The notes beneath the pieces were generated by a model that ran no database searches, was not told the DNA's origin, and was given only the letters and a program-made list of their open reading frames with translations. Of a stretch of 63,735 bases of DNA, positions 36,299 to 50,136 are shown one piece after another; position 1 is the stretch's first letter, and the number at the start of each line of letters is the position of its first letter. The stretch covers positions 875,157-938,891 of the forward strand of contig WELA01003597.1 of NCBI GenBank assembly GCA_009602735.1, written 5' to 3'. This DNA is from Mesotaenium endlicherianum (Eukaryota). Made by a program: the position numbers and the translations under genes.

Positions 36299-39026
36299 CA
36301 GCAGTTCTTGGTAGTGTTACCACCCAGTCCATGAATATTGTTTGCCATCGTCCAGTTGGGATGGGTAGTGGTTGTAATAGCCCCCCGGGTGGAGTATGTC
36401 TAGACTTACTTTTTTGACACTGATCACAGGACTTAACATATTTCAAGACCTCCCGAGGTAACCCCTCCCAATGATAATGTTTTGCCAGTTTGCCAATAGT
36501 TTTGGCCTGCCCCAAAGGCCCACCCAGCAAACTGTCACGTGCTTGACTCAGTAAGAGTGACCTTATTTCCCAGTTATTAGGAATGACCAGCTTCAGCTTG
36601 CCTGAAGTGGTTTCAGTTACCCAGACCCCTCCCTTAAGCCTAGACCCGAGTGCAGTAGCAGGACACACACCATCAGTGGGGCTGGGCTCAAATGTTGGAT
36701 CGCAAAGGTAGGCTTTCCTAAGTTGTTCCACAAAGGACTTTTTCACCTTTAGTGAAGTGAGTGCACAAAGAACTTTGTCTACAGCATGCTGAATAAAGTT
36801 CCTTTCTTGCAAGTCAGGTCTTCTAGAGAGTGCATCACCGGGAATCAACTTCCCTCGTTTGTAGTCGATCTGGACTTGGAACTGCTCCAGCATCTGGCTC
36901 CAGAGGTTCTCCCTCCTCAACAGCTTGGACTTCTTCTGAAAGTGAGTCAGAGATAGATGATCTGTAATTACCTTAAAAGCTTTACCATGTAAGTATGCTC
37001 TCCACTATTTGAGCACATAAATGATAACAAGCAGCTCTTTATTATGCATAGAATAGTTAACTTCAATTGGATTGAACTTCATAGACTCATATAGCACAAG
37101 GTGCCTCTCTTGCTAAACCTTACCATCCTTTGTGGTTTTTTCAGAAGGCTGCAACAAAATAGCACTCATGGCAAAGTCAGAAGCATCAGTAACCACCTGC
37201 ACAGGTTTGCTAGGGTCATACACAGCTAAGACTCGAGCAATACAGAGAGCATCTTTAAGGGTTTGGAAGGCAGCTTGCTGCTCTTCCCCCCACACATACG
37301 CTATGTAAGGTCAGTCGGTTTACTGGCCTTTGTAGAATAATGGTCAATAAATCTCCTAAAGTAGTTTGCCAACCCGAGGAAGGATTCCGCTTCCGAGACT
37401 GACTGTGATACTGGCCAATCCCTTCCGGTAGTAACTTTCTAGGATCCACACTCATGCCTTCCTTTTTGACAACGTGGCCCAAGAATTCAATACTTGCCTT
37501 GAAGAAAGCACACTTGCTCATTTTGGCATAAACTTATTTCTTCTTAGAGTGTCCATGACTGTCTTTAAGTGCTCAGCATGCTCAGTTTCATTTTAGAGAA
37601 ATTTAAAATATTGTTCAAGAAGACTTGCAAAAAACTAATCCAAATAAGGCCTAAAAACGTCATTCATAGCACCCATGAAGGTTGCAAGAGCATTAGTCAG
37701 ACCAAATGGCATCACATTAAACTCATAGTGTCCATAACGTGTGCGGAAAGCAGTCTTCTGTTCATCTCCCTCAGCAATTGTGATTTGATGACAACCACTC
37801 TTGAGTTGTATCTCATATAACACTTTTGCACCAGACTGGGTATCAAGCAAGTCCTCGATTCTAGGGAATGCATACTTATTCTTTATTGTAATTCTGTCAA
37901 GAGCTCTGTAATCCGCACACATTCGCATACTACCATCCTTCTTCTTAACAAATAGGATGGGTTCGCCATAAGATGATTCACTGGGGGAAATATAACCATT
38001 TTCCTCCAGCTCTGCAATCTGTGTTTCCAACTCTTTGCTCTCCACATAAGTCAAGCCATAGGTGCATTGCCAAAGTAGCTGACTCCGAGGTAATAAATTA
38101 ACCCTATGATCTACGTCCCTCTTAGGGGGCAGTCCTGGAGACATATTACAAACATCAATATACTGAGCAACAATTTTTGTAGCAGTAGGGTGCTCCGGAG
38201 GGCTCACCTTTCTCTCAACCACCTCTTCAGGTTGAGAAGGTACCTCTTTTAGCAGCAGACAGAACATTCTGCCTTCCTTTTGGTTCCAGCTTTCGATGAG
38301 CTCCATTGCATTCAACAATTTGCATCCTCCTGGAAGCCTCTTCTTTTCCTTCATTTGCCATCCATACAAGACAAGAGGAAGAGCACTGGTGGGTGCCAAG
38401 TGAGTGTGCCCATCACTGGCTCCTTTCACTTTAACTGTACCTCTGCTCCAACACACTTCAGCTTGATGTCTATTAAGCTAGGACCTGCCTAGCACGAGAT
38501 CATAAAAGCCAGTATTGAGTACCTCAAATGTAAGCGTTTCAGTCAGAACTGCAATGCCTACCTGGACCTCAACAGGCTTGATTATAACTCCTCCCGGGAT
38601 ACTTGAGGCATCTCCAAGGAATATTTTTCTATTCCCTTGGGTGACAGTAGGCAGCCTTAGCCGCATAACTAAGTCCCTATGGATGAAAGTATGTGACGCC
38701 CCTCCGTCAATAAATGCCCTCACCTTCCTACCAGCAATCATGCAATGCAGTAGGATAGGGGGGACTGTCTTTTCCTGACTTTCGCATTGTTCTCCTAAGT
38801 TAGCAAAGAAATGTTGGACATCAGGTGGAACAAGGTCATCCAGAGTGTGCACTCTCTGGAGAACTCTAATGCTGATGGTCTCCTTTATCTGTTTGTCAGG
38901 CATGCATAGTGTATTTAGTTCAGCAAGACCCATAATACCTGCTACAAGGGCAGCTAGTGACGACTCACTTTCTCTAGCATCCTCACAATCAGTAGACTGG
39001 AGTACTGACTGTTGCTGTCTTTTAAA
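36299..39026 (-). pseudogene. pol: pol of element D, truncated after the integrase MDWVVTLPRTA segment
   Basis: Collinear with B/E pol up to ~36300, then joined to sequence just upstream of ORF3. Confidence 0.9.
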
Positions 39027-40446
39027 GGCTGGTCCTTTCTCTCGACCTTTGGAAGGTGCTTGCTAGGACACTGCTCTCTGTAGTGACCCAATTGTTGGCA
39101 GTGGTAGCATAAAGATTATGCTGAGACTGGTCTCGGCTTCATCGTACCACCACCTCTTCCATAGCCACCTTGAGAGTATCCACCTCTCCCTGTGGATGAC
39201 ATCGTTTTATACTCATACTCATACTCATACTCATCACCTCGTCGTCCTCAGCTCGGTCTCCTTCAACTGCATTATAGGAACCGTGTGGCTTTTTAACAAC
39301 CTTAGACACCAAAGCATTACTCTGGCGCTTGAGATTGAACTGCTGCTGATCCCAGGCATCAGCATCCTGGACCAAGTCAGCCAGATTCTCATACTTCTTT
39401 TCAGCAAAATGACCAGAGACTTCGGATTTGAAGCCATACCTGATGTATGCTATCCTATACCGCTCTGGCAAATCTAGCTGCTTCATCATGTTCTCCTGGA
39501 ACTTTTGAGCAAACTCAGCAACTGAAGTGGACTGCTTCAGTGTCAAGGAGATCATTGCATAGATAGCTTTGTCCTGATGATAGATGACATCAAATTTCTC
39601 ATGCAGCTTCTCGACAAACTCTACCCAATTAGGATCACCGAGTTGTTGAGCCTTACGCTCTCCTTTCCAATACAGCCACCAGTCTGCTGCACTGCCTTTT
39701 AGTAGAGCACCATTGTGCCTGACCTTCTCGTAATCTTGCAATTTTGGGCAGTTCTCCGGCCACTGCTCAACATCAGCGAGAAACTTGATCAGGTAATACT
39801 TTTTGTTTTCCTCAGGATCACAGTCCTGGGGAGGTTTTGGCTTAGGCTTACTAGGCCCTCTGCCACCACTACCAGTGGTTTGAAAACCCAGTTGGGGTCT
39901 GTCACGCAGCAATGCCATCATGATCAATTTGTCCTCTTGTTGGAATTGATACATGCTCGCCATTTGCACAAATAAGGCTTCTAGGTCTACATTCCGAGGT
40001 GGTAGCCCAGCAAACGCAACAGCAACAACTTTAGCTCAATTAGTAGCAGCTTCGACATTCTCGATTGCTGCCGCTCCGGCTATGCCTGTTGCGCTCAATT
40101 GTCTGCGACTTTGAGGGAGAGGTATGACAGTAGGCACAGCAGGAGGTTGGTTTCGGAGATTGGCCCTCTCTGCCATTTGCTCTTCCACCGTCCTTTCATC
40201 AGGGGCCCTCCTGTTTACTGCCTCCTCTACCTCCTTGGCTAAACGCTCGTCTCCAGCCAATTGGGCTACTACTGCAGCAAGAGCAGCTGCCTGCTTGGCA
40301 ACTTCATTAGCTCGTGCATCATGCAGCGTTTTTAAGTAGGTACGGGATCCAAAGACGCAACTTTCGTCCTGCCCTTCTACAATATTATCATTGTCCTCAC
40401 TCTCCATTTTCCGATAGTTGCTAGCTTGAGACCTAGTCCTTACCGT
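39002..40446 (-). pseudogene. gag: gag of element D
   Basis: ORF pieces 40036..40407 and 39139..39969; start codon mutated to ACG. Confidence 0.88.
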
Positions 40447-40479
40447 ACACGACTACTATCATAACTGCTTCGATACCAC

Positions 40480-41206
40480 TGAAATGAATTGACTTACCAA
40501 TAGGCGATAAATAATGAAGATTTCTATATCAACGAGTAATCTTTATGGTGTTTTTTGTTATTGATTAAACAGCAAAAGTCAAACACACTAGCAATGAACA
40601 ATACTCGCAAGTCAAATGCAAGTAAACTAAGCATAATAATGCAATGAGTAAACTCATACTTAAGCAAGGGTAGAAGTCAGTGCGTATCAATGGCTTCTCG
40701 CCTTGGAGTTAGATATCTCTTAGTAAGCAGTACAAGAGAGTAGGCCTCGTCTTCGAATGCCGAACTCGAGACCAGTACCTAGCATATGTACATGGAATGA
40801 GTTTACTGTTCAACGGCAAGTGCAATGGCACCGCCTACCCGGGAGTTAACCACGTTGGTAGGACCTCGGCTAACCAAATCCACAGCCATCTCCCATCATC
40901 CCGAATCGCCATCCACCTTACGGGTGTCATCTGGCCACTCATCTAGCACACAACACTTAGATGCATAGCTAGGCAGTTCGCTGTTGCCGAGTACGGCAGT
41001 CAGCTGATTGTCAAAGAATGTGTTTGCAAGCCGACACAAGTCAAAAGGTTGACCTAATGGACTTCAGCCTGCTGCTCTCGGCAGAGTCATTTATCTAAGT
41101 ATCAAGTATCCAGCAAACCTAAATCCAGTTGACTCAATATTAATTAAAGTTCAGCAGGCTGAACTCATTTAACTATTATATCTACCCAATATACTGATTC
41201 ATTAGA
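40480..41206 (-). repeat. 5' LTR of element D
   Basis: Follows the PBS; outer end CATTAGA (mutated CA). Confidence 0.92.
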
Positions 41207-41719
41207 GTCCACGTGCTCATGACATGCATTAGCATCACACAGCCATTATTTACAACAGCGACCTCTCCTCCACCGTCCGGCCAAACTTGAGGTTCAGGGT
41301 GCACATTCTCCGCATTTTTTTCCATCTGAGCACGCGCAATGATCCTCACTCCAGTCAAGGAGCTCCATATATGCCCTGTCATCCCAGAATCCGCCTTCAG
41401 AGGGCTCGGTGTGACCGCCTACTGATATTTCGTCGCTTTCACTGCCAGAGGCTGAAAGTGCCCTGTCCAAAACTGCAACGAGAGTCCATAAGCCCAAGCT
41501 TTGACTGAAAGTAGCGATGCATGTGCTAACTCTAGACATTGGAGGCACAAACACCATGGAAGGGGGAAGACCTATCCTATTTGTTCATTTGGTCCTCACT
41601 ATGTTTAAAAGCGTCAAGGATATGTAAGTGAAGGCCCGTCAGGTGGAGACAGCATACACGTTTTCAGTGCAAGCAAGATCGTACACAAGCCTACCTCGAC
41701 TCTCATTGTCAATGAAGTC

Positions 41720-42751
41720 TCACTGAGCACACCTGCGTTCATCGGCAGATGATGAGCTTCTTGCTGGAAGCTGCTTGTTTTGTTGCCCCATTACCGAAAA
41801 CATAGTCAGCATTAGCAGCAGGAGCAGGAGCGGGAGCAGCAGGAGCAGCAGGAGCAACACCAGCAGCAGCCTCAGCATTATTAACAGCAGTATCACCACG
41901 GACGGCATTAGTGACAGTAGCAGGAGCAGGCAACGCTTCAGCAGGAGCTGCAGTCGCAGCAAGGGATAGTGTTGAAGCTGTAGCAACAGCATAAGTCTGC
42001 AACAACCCTCGAGCGGCGATAGCAGCAGGAGAAGCGGCATGAGCAGCGATTGCAGTGCCCTGGGAAGCGATGCAAATGATACCTTACGTGAGCGCGAGCT
42101 TGATGCCGAGGAAACCTCTTTGACAGCGCCAGCCATACGACAAGGGTTGTGCTCTGTCCTCCCGGCCTCTTCAGCACCAACAGCGCGCCTGCGGAGCAGG
42201 TGATCCACACTGATGTTGCATTGGCGCTCTGATACTTCTTCCTCCGTCAGGCACCTGCTATGCCTATACTTCTCCTGGGTTGCAGTGTCAATGAGATAGG
42301 CCTCCACGATAGTGACCCCCACTGTCCAAGGCTTCTTATTCATATCGTGCAAGTTTGCCACTCTCTTAATCCTCGGAAGGCACACCAGCGTACACTTTAA
42401 ATTGCACTTGGTGGATTTCACCACCTCCCCGACAGATAACACCTTTGAGCAATTCGTATACTCCGCCTTCAACTTCAATGGATGACCACGCGGCACCGTA
42501 GTGCGGCTAAAGTAGTGGCTACCCTCCCTCTTCATCAACACACAGCAGCCGGCTGACACAGCAGCTTCACACACCCTAGCATGGAAGTCCTCGGAATAAC
42601 CCACAATCAAGAATGTGATACCGTACAACTTATCCTTCACATACTTGATGTTGGCGTCGTCTGTAACCAGCACACCAGTTTCCTTGCCGTTAGCTGGACA
42701 TTGGAAAACATTTGCAAATTGTGGGAGTTTGTCATCCTCTGTGCACCCCAA
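41720..42751 (-). CDS. Hypothetical protein (exon or pseudogene), Cys/His-containing, with a low-complexity tail
   Basis: 343-codon ORF; weak resemblance to a WRKY/GCM1/FAR1-type zinc finger (CSK...KSTKC..KC...W.V...RHS). The tail probably reads as an Ala/Pro repeat in another frame. Confidence 0.35.
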   Translation of the reverse strand: MGCTEDDKLPQFANVFQCPANGKETGVLVTDDANIKYVKDKLYGITFLIVGYSEDFHARVCEAAVSAGCCVLMKREGSHYFSRTTVPRGHPLKLKAEYTNCSKVLSVGEVVKSTKCNLKCTLVCLPRIKRVANLHDMNKKPWTVGVTIVEAYLIDTATQEKYRHSRCLTEEEVSERQCNISVDHLLRRRAVGAEEAGRTEHNPCRMAGAVKEVSSASSSRSRKVSFASLPRALQSLLMPLLLLLSPLEGCCRLMLLLQLQHYPLLRLQLLLKRCLLLLLSLMPSVVILLLIMLRLLLVLLLLLLLLPLLLLLLMLTMFSVMGQQNKQLPARSSSSADERRCAQ

Positions 42752-43903
42752 ATCCTAAATAGAACCTATGCAAAACCTTGCATATTTCGCATACCCTGGT
42801 GTGAGGTTGGGAGCACGTATAACCACACGGCCTCCTTGGGATCTATAGGTCATCTTTGGAAGTGAGAGATGCCTGGAATGAAGGTAGCCGTAGGGAGAGG
42901 GAAGAAATGTGAAATTGGAGGCCAGAGATTATGTAAATGGTTACTAAGTGGGCAAAATTTCAAGAAAGATGGAAGCCGGTGAACCTAGTTTGCATCCATC
43001 TTTTGCTTGGTGGTCGCCATGCATGCTCGTGTTTGCGCTAGGAGCTTGAGCGGAGGTCTTCATATGAGCTTCGCCACTCGTGGAGCTCAAGGCACACCAT
43101 GCTTCATCCTGCATGCACATTTTTGGTGAAGGATGGTGCTCTCGATCACATTCGCTGGTTTACTTCACAGTCTGCTCGCGACACGTGTGATCCTTTAGCT
43201 TTTGTGAGTTAACGTCACGTCGGAAATGGACGCTATTGGGCAGCTATTGAGCATTAAAGATGCGCCTCTTGTAAGAATTATCACATGAGGCACTAGCATG
43301 AAGCCATGGCTCTGCATCATGGCTCTGCATGTGCGTTTTTGCTTGGGAGGGTATCGAACAGTATCGAAGGACAAGGTTGCAGGTTTGCCACAGTCCACGG
43401 AGGTCCACGTCGGCCACGTACCCTGTTTCCGGTTTAGAGGAGGTCGGGTTTGACGATTGGACGTGTTCGAACGACAAATGTGATGTCGAAGGCGACAAGA
43501 GTCGTTCAACCACGTCCGACCTCTGTGCAAAAATCAAGTGCGACCAAAATATGGACTCGACCTTAAAAAGACTTCGGTTGACCAAATTATCGGGTTGGGC
43601 ACACGGCCCACATCGCCGAAGAAAATGACAACAAAATATTGTAATTGGCATAGACATAACCGCCAAATGATGCAAAACTTTTGCGGGTCACAACCTGTCG
43701 TTGGCCAATATCATTTGGAGTTTTACTTCACTTCATTTGCACTTGAATCACCTCCCAGGTGCCACTCGTGTTTGCGATTGTAGGTGACTGCACCTAACAT
43801 GTAACAAGTTAGGTTTTGAAAGTTGAACACTGCCTCTAAAGTTTGCCATCTCAAAATTCTCCCTCCATTTTTTTGGCCAAAATGTAGGGCGTGTCGGGGA
43901 TGA

Positions 43904-45460
43904 TTGGCGACTTATGAACCCGAGTGGAGGACAATGGATCGTGGGGGTAGTATAAGGAGAACGCAGCCTCCTCGGGAAGCAAAGAAACGGGCTGGAATAA
44001 AGGTAGTTAGTTCCCCAATCGAGGTATACGGCCACAAATACCAGCGGTCAGTGAAAGTGGAAGGTAGTGTGAAGAAGAGGAGAAAGTCTGACCTCAAGAT
44101 GAGCAATAAGGATGAGCAGATGAGAACACAGAGTATCAAGATTGGCGAAAGTCTGAATTTTCTTCACAAAAACTTAGAGGCCAAAATTGTTTGCACCACC
44201 ACAGTGAAGCCATCGCCGAGGCCCTCACCCACTATTACTACTAGCAGTACTCCTAAGGAAGAGGAGGAAACACCAGAGGGAACACCAGAAAAAACATTGC
44301 CGTCGCCTGAGCAGAGCAAGATGGACATCGTGCTGAGCTCAATAAAAGAGATAATTGCAGATTTAGAGGCTGCTTCTGACAATGAAGAAATTCCAATGAC
44401 GGCTGTAGAGGCAGTTAATAATGCAAAATCAGATAGGAATTATAAGTTAATGATGCAAGTGTGCACCGCTCTGCATTATATTCTAGACGAATTCAGATTT
44501 GCAAATGGGTCCAGAAGAGGCCTCCCAAGACCCTTATTGCGCCAAAGAAAAACAAGCTGGTAAGTCCACAATCAATATTGCTCTGTTAGGTCAGATTTGA
44601 ATTTCCACAGTGGTCACAAATTCCTCTTTTTCTTTCGGTTTGTGCCGGTGGACAGCTGTGTGAAAGTATTCAGACTGAAGCGGACCAGTTCATGTGCATG
44701 GGTGGACATCGAGCACAACAAACAAGTTATAGATCTTCATGCTGTGGAGGTCATCCAAAGGATGATAGGACTGAAGGACGAGAGGGCAACCGAGGTAATG
44801 GACAATTGGATCGACAGAAAGAAGCGTCTCATTCCAAACCTTGCAATGTGGTTCAAGCAGCATCCGGTGGGAGCGCATGTCCACAAGGAGGTCACAGAGG
44901 TGAGTATTCTGCTCTAAAACTAATGAGGAACCCATCCTTCCAAGCAATTCATTTTTGTGAATGAACCTAAGCCTATGACTAGATTTATCCATCTCATCGC
45001 AACTCGTTTGTTGGGAGCTGTGCAATTGTTGGGTGTTAAATGGAAGGCAAACAAGGCGCTGATCACCCCCAAGACCAGTATGCTCATGAAGTTTCCTGAG
45101 TACAGGCTCGGCGCATATCACACCGAGTTGTCCGATGTAAAGAGATCGAAGATGGCGGCGCATCTCATCACCCATACGACACCCTGGAAGAGCTTGATCG
45201 AGAACAGTAAAAAGGTCAACGAGATGCCAGACATATCGACATCGATGAAATTGCTGATCATTGCCTTCTTAAAGGGTGTAAGTACCATCTACTCTTGGGT
45301 ATGACAAGTCAAATTAAGTTTAGTTATAATGGAAGGTGTGCTTGTAGACAACTTCATTGATACTCCTGCATTTGTCTTTTGTGCGGGCGTACACAGCAGG
45401 CGGGGATGGAAGCAAGTGGCGACGAAACTCTGCAGATATCAACAAGCCTTTTTCAGGTTA
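43904..45460 (+). CDS. Hypothetical intron-containing gene; boundaries approximate
   Basis: Three successive + ORFs (43904..44563, 44597..44917, 44957..45304) each end just after a GT(A/G)AGT donor-like site (44560, 44900, 45278). No recognised domain. Confidence 0.35.
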
Positions 45461-46933
45461 GAAATAAAAGTCCACTCTCGTGGCTAAATGGACTTTGTAG
45501 CCCAAGTTGGCCATGCTGCTGATGAGAACGTTTGCTTGTGTGAATTGCAGCCAAGGGTAACAAGCGCGGGGATGCCGCACTGAACATTACAGGAGTGCAG
45601 GTGAAGAAAAACAGCATGAAGAAAAAGAAATAGAACGGGATGACCGCAAACAACTTCTTGACGCGCAACAGTGACAAAACGAGCTGTGTTGGCCTTGTAA
45701 ATTAATATGAGTGGTAGGTATATAGTAGGATACTAATAGGTACTTCGCAAGCAGTTAGCTTGGAGTGGTGCACAACAGGCAGTTGGGTACGCTCACTTTA
45801 GATGCATTGCTTAACTTATTACCCAGTTTGTTTGAAGCATATTTCCATTAAATAAAGAGAAATGAATATTCAATATCATCTGCGATGAAAATGCTCTTGA
45901 GGCATTTTGAATGACAGGTTGTTGCTATGCACCAGATTCATTTGGATCTATGAACATAGTTATGAAAATATTCCTGTGCTCTCGAAATACATACCGATGC
46001 TTTCCTGCAGCCTGACATTATTTTGCATTACAAGGTACATAAGTATATAATGACTCCCATAAATGAATGCATTTTTCACAAGCCAGAATGTTATTATTCG
46101 TGCTGGTCCAGATGAACTCTCACTTCGTTTTGGCTGAAGGAATACATCCCAACAAGTTGACTACAAATGTGAAGCTGCACAGTGAATGAACAATCCACTT
46201 TGTTCTGGCTGATAGAAATACATCACAACTGGTTGAATTGAAATCTCCAGCTGCACAGTCACTAGAAAGTTGCCGCGTTGGCGCCAAATGCAATCATTCC
46301 TCCTGGTTCTAAAAGGAAGCCCATCTGGTTGTTCTTGCAATGTAGTCAATGTGGGGAAGACAATGATGTTGCAGAGAGAGGTCTGAAACCAACATGTGAC
46401 CAGCTAGCAGCAAAGTATTTCCGCAATTTGTGCACAGTGGAAACAAATTCAAACCATGACAGATGTGTAAGGATCGCTGGAGACAACGACAAAACATCGC
46501 GAGCAAACCTTGATGTGGACACAACAAGCAAGGTCGGGTGCATGGGATTGTGCTCACGTGCGCGCGGATAGAACATGTCAGGCAATAACATATAAGGTAC
46601 CAACGGGGACGAGGTGACTATGACGTGATCGACGAGCTGTCAGAATACGCCGCCCTGAAGGTCCTTGATAGCAGTCCATTTGGTGTCCGCCGGACCAATT
46701 CAATTCGTGAAGCTTCGCTAACGTACAGAAGCAGCGACGGACATGAAAGTGTAACCGGCTGTTGTCAGAGCAAATCCTCCAAAACTTGGCCAAAACGGAG
46801 GTGAGGAAATTAATAGAATAGTAAAAGTGGGATTTCCAACCTCTCAAATTTTCCCGTCGACGCCCGACGCTCGATCCGACTCAGGTTCGTTTCCAACTCA
46901 TATTTTCATAGAGATTTGCTCCATGTCACCGTC

Positions 46934-48190
46934 AGGGTGAAGGGCATTTGTTGACGGAGGAGCGTCACATACTTTTATCCATAAGGACTTAGTTAAGCGG
47001 CTAAGGCTACCTACTACCACCTAAGGGATTTTAAAAGTATTTCTTGGAGATGCCTCAAGCATCTCGGGAGGAATTATAACCAAGCCTATTGAGGTCCAGT
47101 TAGATTTTGGCATTGCAGTTTAAACTGAAACGCTTTTATTTGCGGTACTCAACAATGGCTTTTATGATCTTGTGCTAGGGAGGACCTGGCTCAATACACA
47201 TCAAGCTGAAGGGTGTTGAAGCAGAGGTTTAGTCAAAATGAGAGAAGCCAGTGATGGGCATACTAACTTGGCACCCACAAGTGCTTCTCCTCTTGTCCTG
47301 TATGGATGGCAAATGAAGGAAAAGAAAAGGATTCTGGGATGATGCAAAAAACTGAATGCAATGGAGTTCATCCAAAGTTGGAACCAGAACAAAGATAGAA
47401 TGTTCAATTTGTTGCTCAAAGAGGTACCTCCTCAACCTGAAGAAGTGGTTGAGAAAAAGGTAAGCCCACCGCAGCACCCCAATGCTGCAAAAATTGTTGC
47501 TGAGTATGTCGATGATTTTAATATGCCTCATGGATTACCACCTAAGAGAGAGGTAGATCATAAGATTAAGCTTGTGCTAGGTAGCCACCCCCCTTGGCAA
47601 CGCACTTATGGCTTATCTTATGTGGAGAGTGAAGAGTTCAAAAACACAAATTAAAGAACTGGAAGAAGATAGATACATTTCTCCTAGTAAATCACCTTAT
47701 GACGCACCCATCTTATTTGATTAAAAGAAGGATGGCAGTATGCGAATGTGTGTGGATTACAAAGCATTGAACAGAATTACTGGAAAGAATAATTGAACAG
47801 AATCACCAGAAATAATAAATATGCTTTATTCGAAATCAAGGATTTGCTTGATACATTGTCTGGTGCTAAAGTTTTCAGTGAGATTGATTTGAAGAGTGTT
47901 ATCATCAAATCAGAATTGCTGAGGGAGATGAACATAAGACTGCTTTTCGCACACGTTATGGGCACTATGAGTTCAATGTGATGCCTTTTGGTCAGACTAA
48001 TACTACTCCTACCTTTATGGGGCCTATGAATGACATTTTCAGACCTTATTTAGACAAGAGTGTGCAGGTATTCTTGGACAATGTCCTAATTTTCTTGAAG
48101 ATTGAAGCTGAGCATGCTGAACATCTAAAAATAGTGATAGAAACTTTTCAAAATAATCAACTTTATGCTAAAATGGATTTTTGTTCAAAG
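46934..48190 (+). pseudogene. pol: Element G part 1: degenerate family B protease-RT fragment
   Basis: Opposite-orientation homologue of B/E pol ([33 protein letters not shown]). Confidence 0.9.
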
Positions 48191-48405
48191 TGAAGAGCTC
48201 GCAAGTAGGATTTGCTAGAAGATTCCAGTGCAAGATTTGCTCAAACACCACAAGCGTGCATAAAGTGGTAAATTTTTTGTTAGTTTCTAAGTTTGCTTAA
48301 GTCTCATTCGTCGAATTGCTGAAAGCAAGAGTAGAGTTAGCAAGAAAATCCCTCAATGAAGAGCTGAGCGAGTCTAGCCCTAAGTGAAAAGCTGAGCGCG
48401 TCTAG

Positions 48406-49121
48406 TGAAATGCATCGGCTTACCAAATAAGCGATTAACAAATGAAGATCTTTATATCAGCAAGTAATCTTGATGGCAATTTTCGTAACTGGTTAAACGG
48501 CAAAGGACAATACACTAGCAGTGAATAATACTCGTAAGTCAAATGCGAGTAAACTAGCATCAATAATGCAATTCAGTAAACTCATACATAAGCAAGGTTA
48601 GAAGACAGTGCGTATCAATGGCTTCTCGCCTTGGATTCAGATCACTCTCAGTAAGCTGTACAGGAGAGTTGGCCTCGTTTTCGAATGCCGAACTCGAGAG
48701 CAATGCCTAGCATATGTACATGGAATGAGTTTACTGTTCAACGGTCAGTGCGATGGCACCGCCTACCCGGGAGTTAACCACGTTGGTAGGACCTCGGTTA
48801 ACCAAATCCACCGCCATCTCCCATCATCCCGAATAGCCATCCATCATAGGGATGTCATCTGGCCATTCATCTAGCATGTCGTACTTAGATGCATATCAAG
48901 GCAGTTCGCTGCTACCGAGTACGGAAGTCAGCTGGCTGTCAAAGAATGTGTCAGCAAGCTGACTTAAGTTGACTTCAGCCTGCTGCTTTCGGCCGAGTCA
49001 TTAAACTGATAATTATGTAAAGTCCAGCAGACTGACTATTAACTAAAGTTCAGCAGGCTGAACTTAATTAACTATTATATTTAAATGAATATTATATCCA
49101 CTAATATACTGATTCATTACA
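48406..49121 (-). repeat. 3' LTR of element E
   Basis: Direct repeat of 55973..56688. Confidence 0.96.
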
Positions 49122-49160
49122 ACCCCTCCAACTTAACTTGTTGTCGCCTCGACAACATTA

Positions 49161-50136
49161 NNNNNNNNNNNNNNNNNNNNNNNNNNNNNNNNNNNNNNNN
49201 NNNNNNNNNNNNNNNNNNNNNNNNNNNNNNNNNNNNNNNNNNNNNNNNNNNNNNNNNNNNNNNNNNNNNNNNNNNNNNNNNNNNNNNNNNNNNNNNNNNN
49301 NNNNNNNNNNNNNNNNNNNNNNNNNNNNNNNNNNNNNNNNNNNNNNNNNNNNNNNNNNNNNNNNNNNNNNNNNNNNNNNNNNNNNNNNNNNNNNNNNNNN
49401 NNNNNNNNNNNNNNNNNNNNNNNNNNNNNNNNNNNNNNNNNNNNNNNNNNNNNNNNNNNNNNNNNNNNNNNNNNNNNNNNNNNNNNNNNNNNNNNNNNNN
49501 NNNNNNNNNNNNNNNNNNNNNNNNNNNNNNNNNNNNNNNNNNNNNNNNNNNNNNNNNNNNNNNNNNNNNNNNNNNNNNNNNNNNNNNNNNNNNNNNNNNN
49601 NNNNNNNNNNNNNNNNNNNNNNNNNNNNNNNNNNNNNNNNNNNNNNNNNNNNNNNNNNNNNNNNNNNNNNNNNNNNNNNNNNNNNNNNNNNNNNNNNNNN
49701 NNNNNNNNNNNNNNNNNNNNNNNNNNNNNNNNNNNNNNNNNNNNNNNNNNNNNNNNNNNNNNNNNNNNNNNNNNNNNNNNNNNNNNNNNNNNNNNNNNNN
49801 NNNNNNNNNNNNNNNNNNNNNNNNNNNNNNNNNNNNNNNNNNNNNNNNNNNNNNNNNNNNNNNNNNNNNNNNNNNNNNNNNNNNNNNNNNNNNNNNNNNN
49901 NNNNNNNNNNNNNNNNNNNNNNNNNNNNNNNNNNNNNNNNNNNNNNNNNNNNNNNNNNNNNNNNNNNNNNNNNNNNNNNNNNNNNNNNNNNNNNNNNNNN
50001 NNNNNNNNNNNNNNNNNNNNNNNNNNNNNNNNNNNNNNNNNNNNNNNNNNNNNNNNNNNNNNNNNNNNNNNNNNNNNNNNNNNNNNNNNNNNNNNNNNNN
50101 NNNNNNNNNNNNNNNNNNNNNNNNNNNNNNNNNNNN
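49161..50136. other. Assembly gap covering most of E ORF3
   Basis: Run of N. Confidence 0.99.

Larger units (their letters stand above)
33755..41206 (-). mobile_element. Element D: family B subfamily variant; integrase core and chromodomain deleted; TSD GGCCA/GTCCA
   Basis: LTRs 33755..34498 and 40480..41206 share diagnostic insertions; PBS TGGTATCGAAGC; near-matching TSD; divergent Gag N-terminus. Confidence 0.93.
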
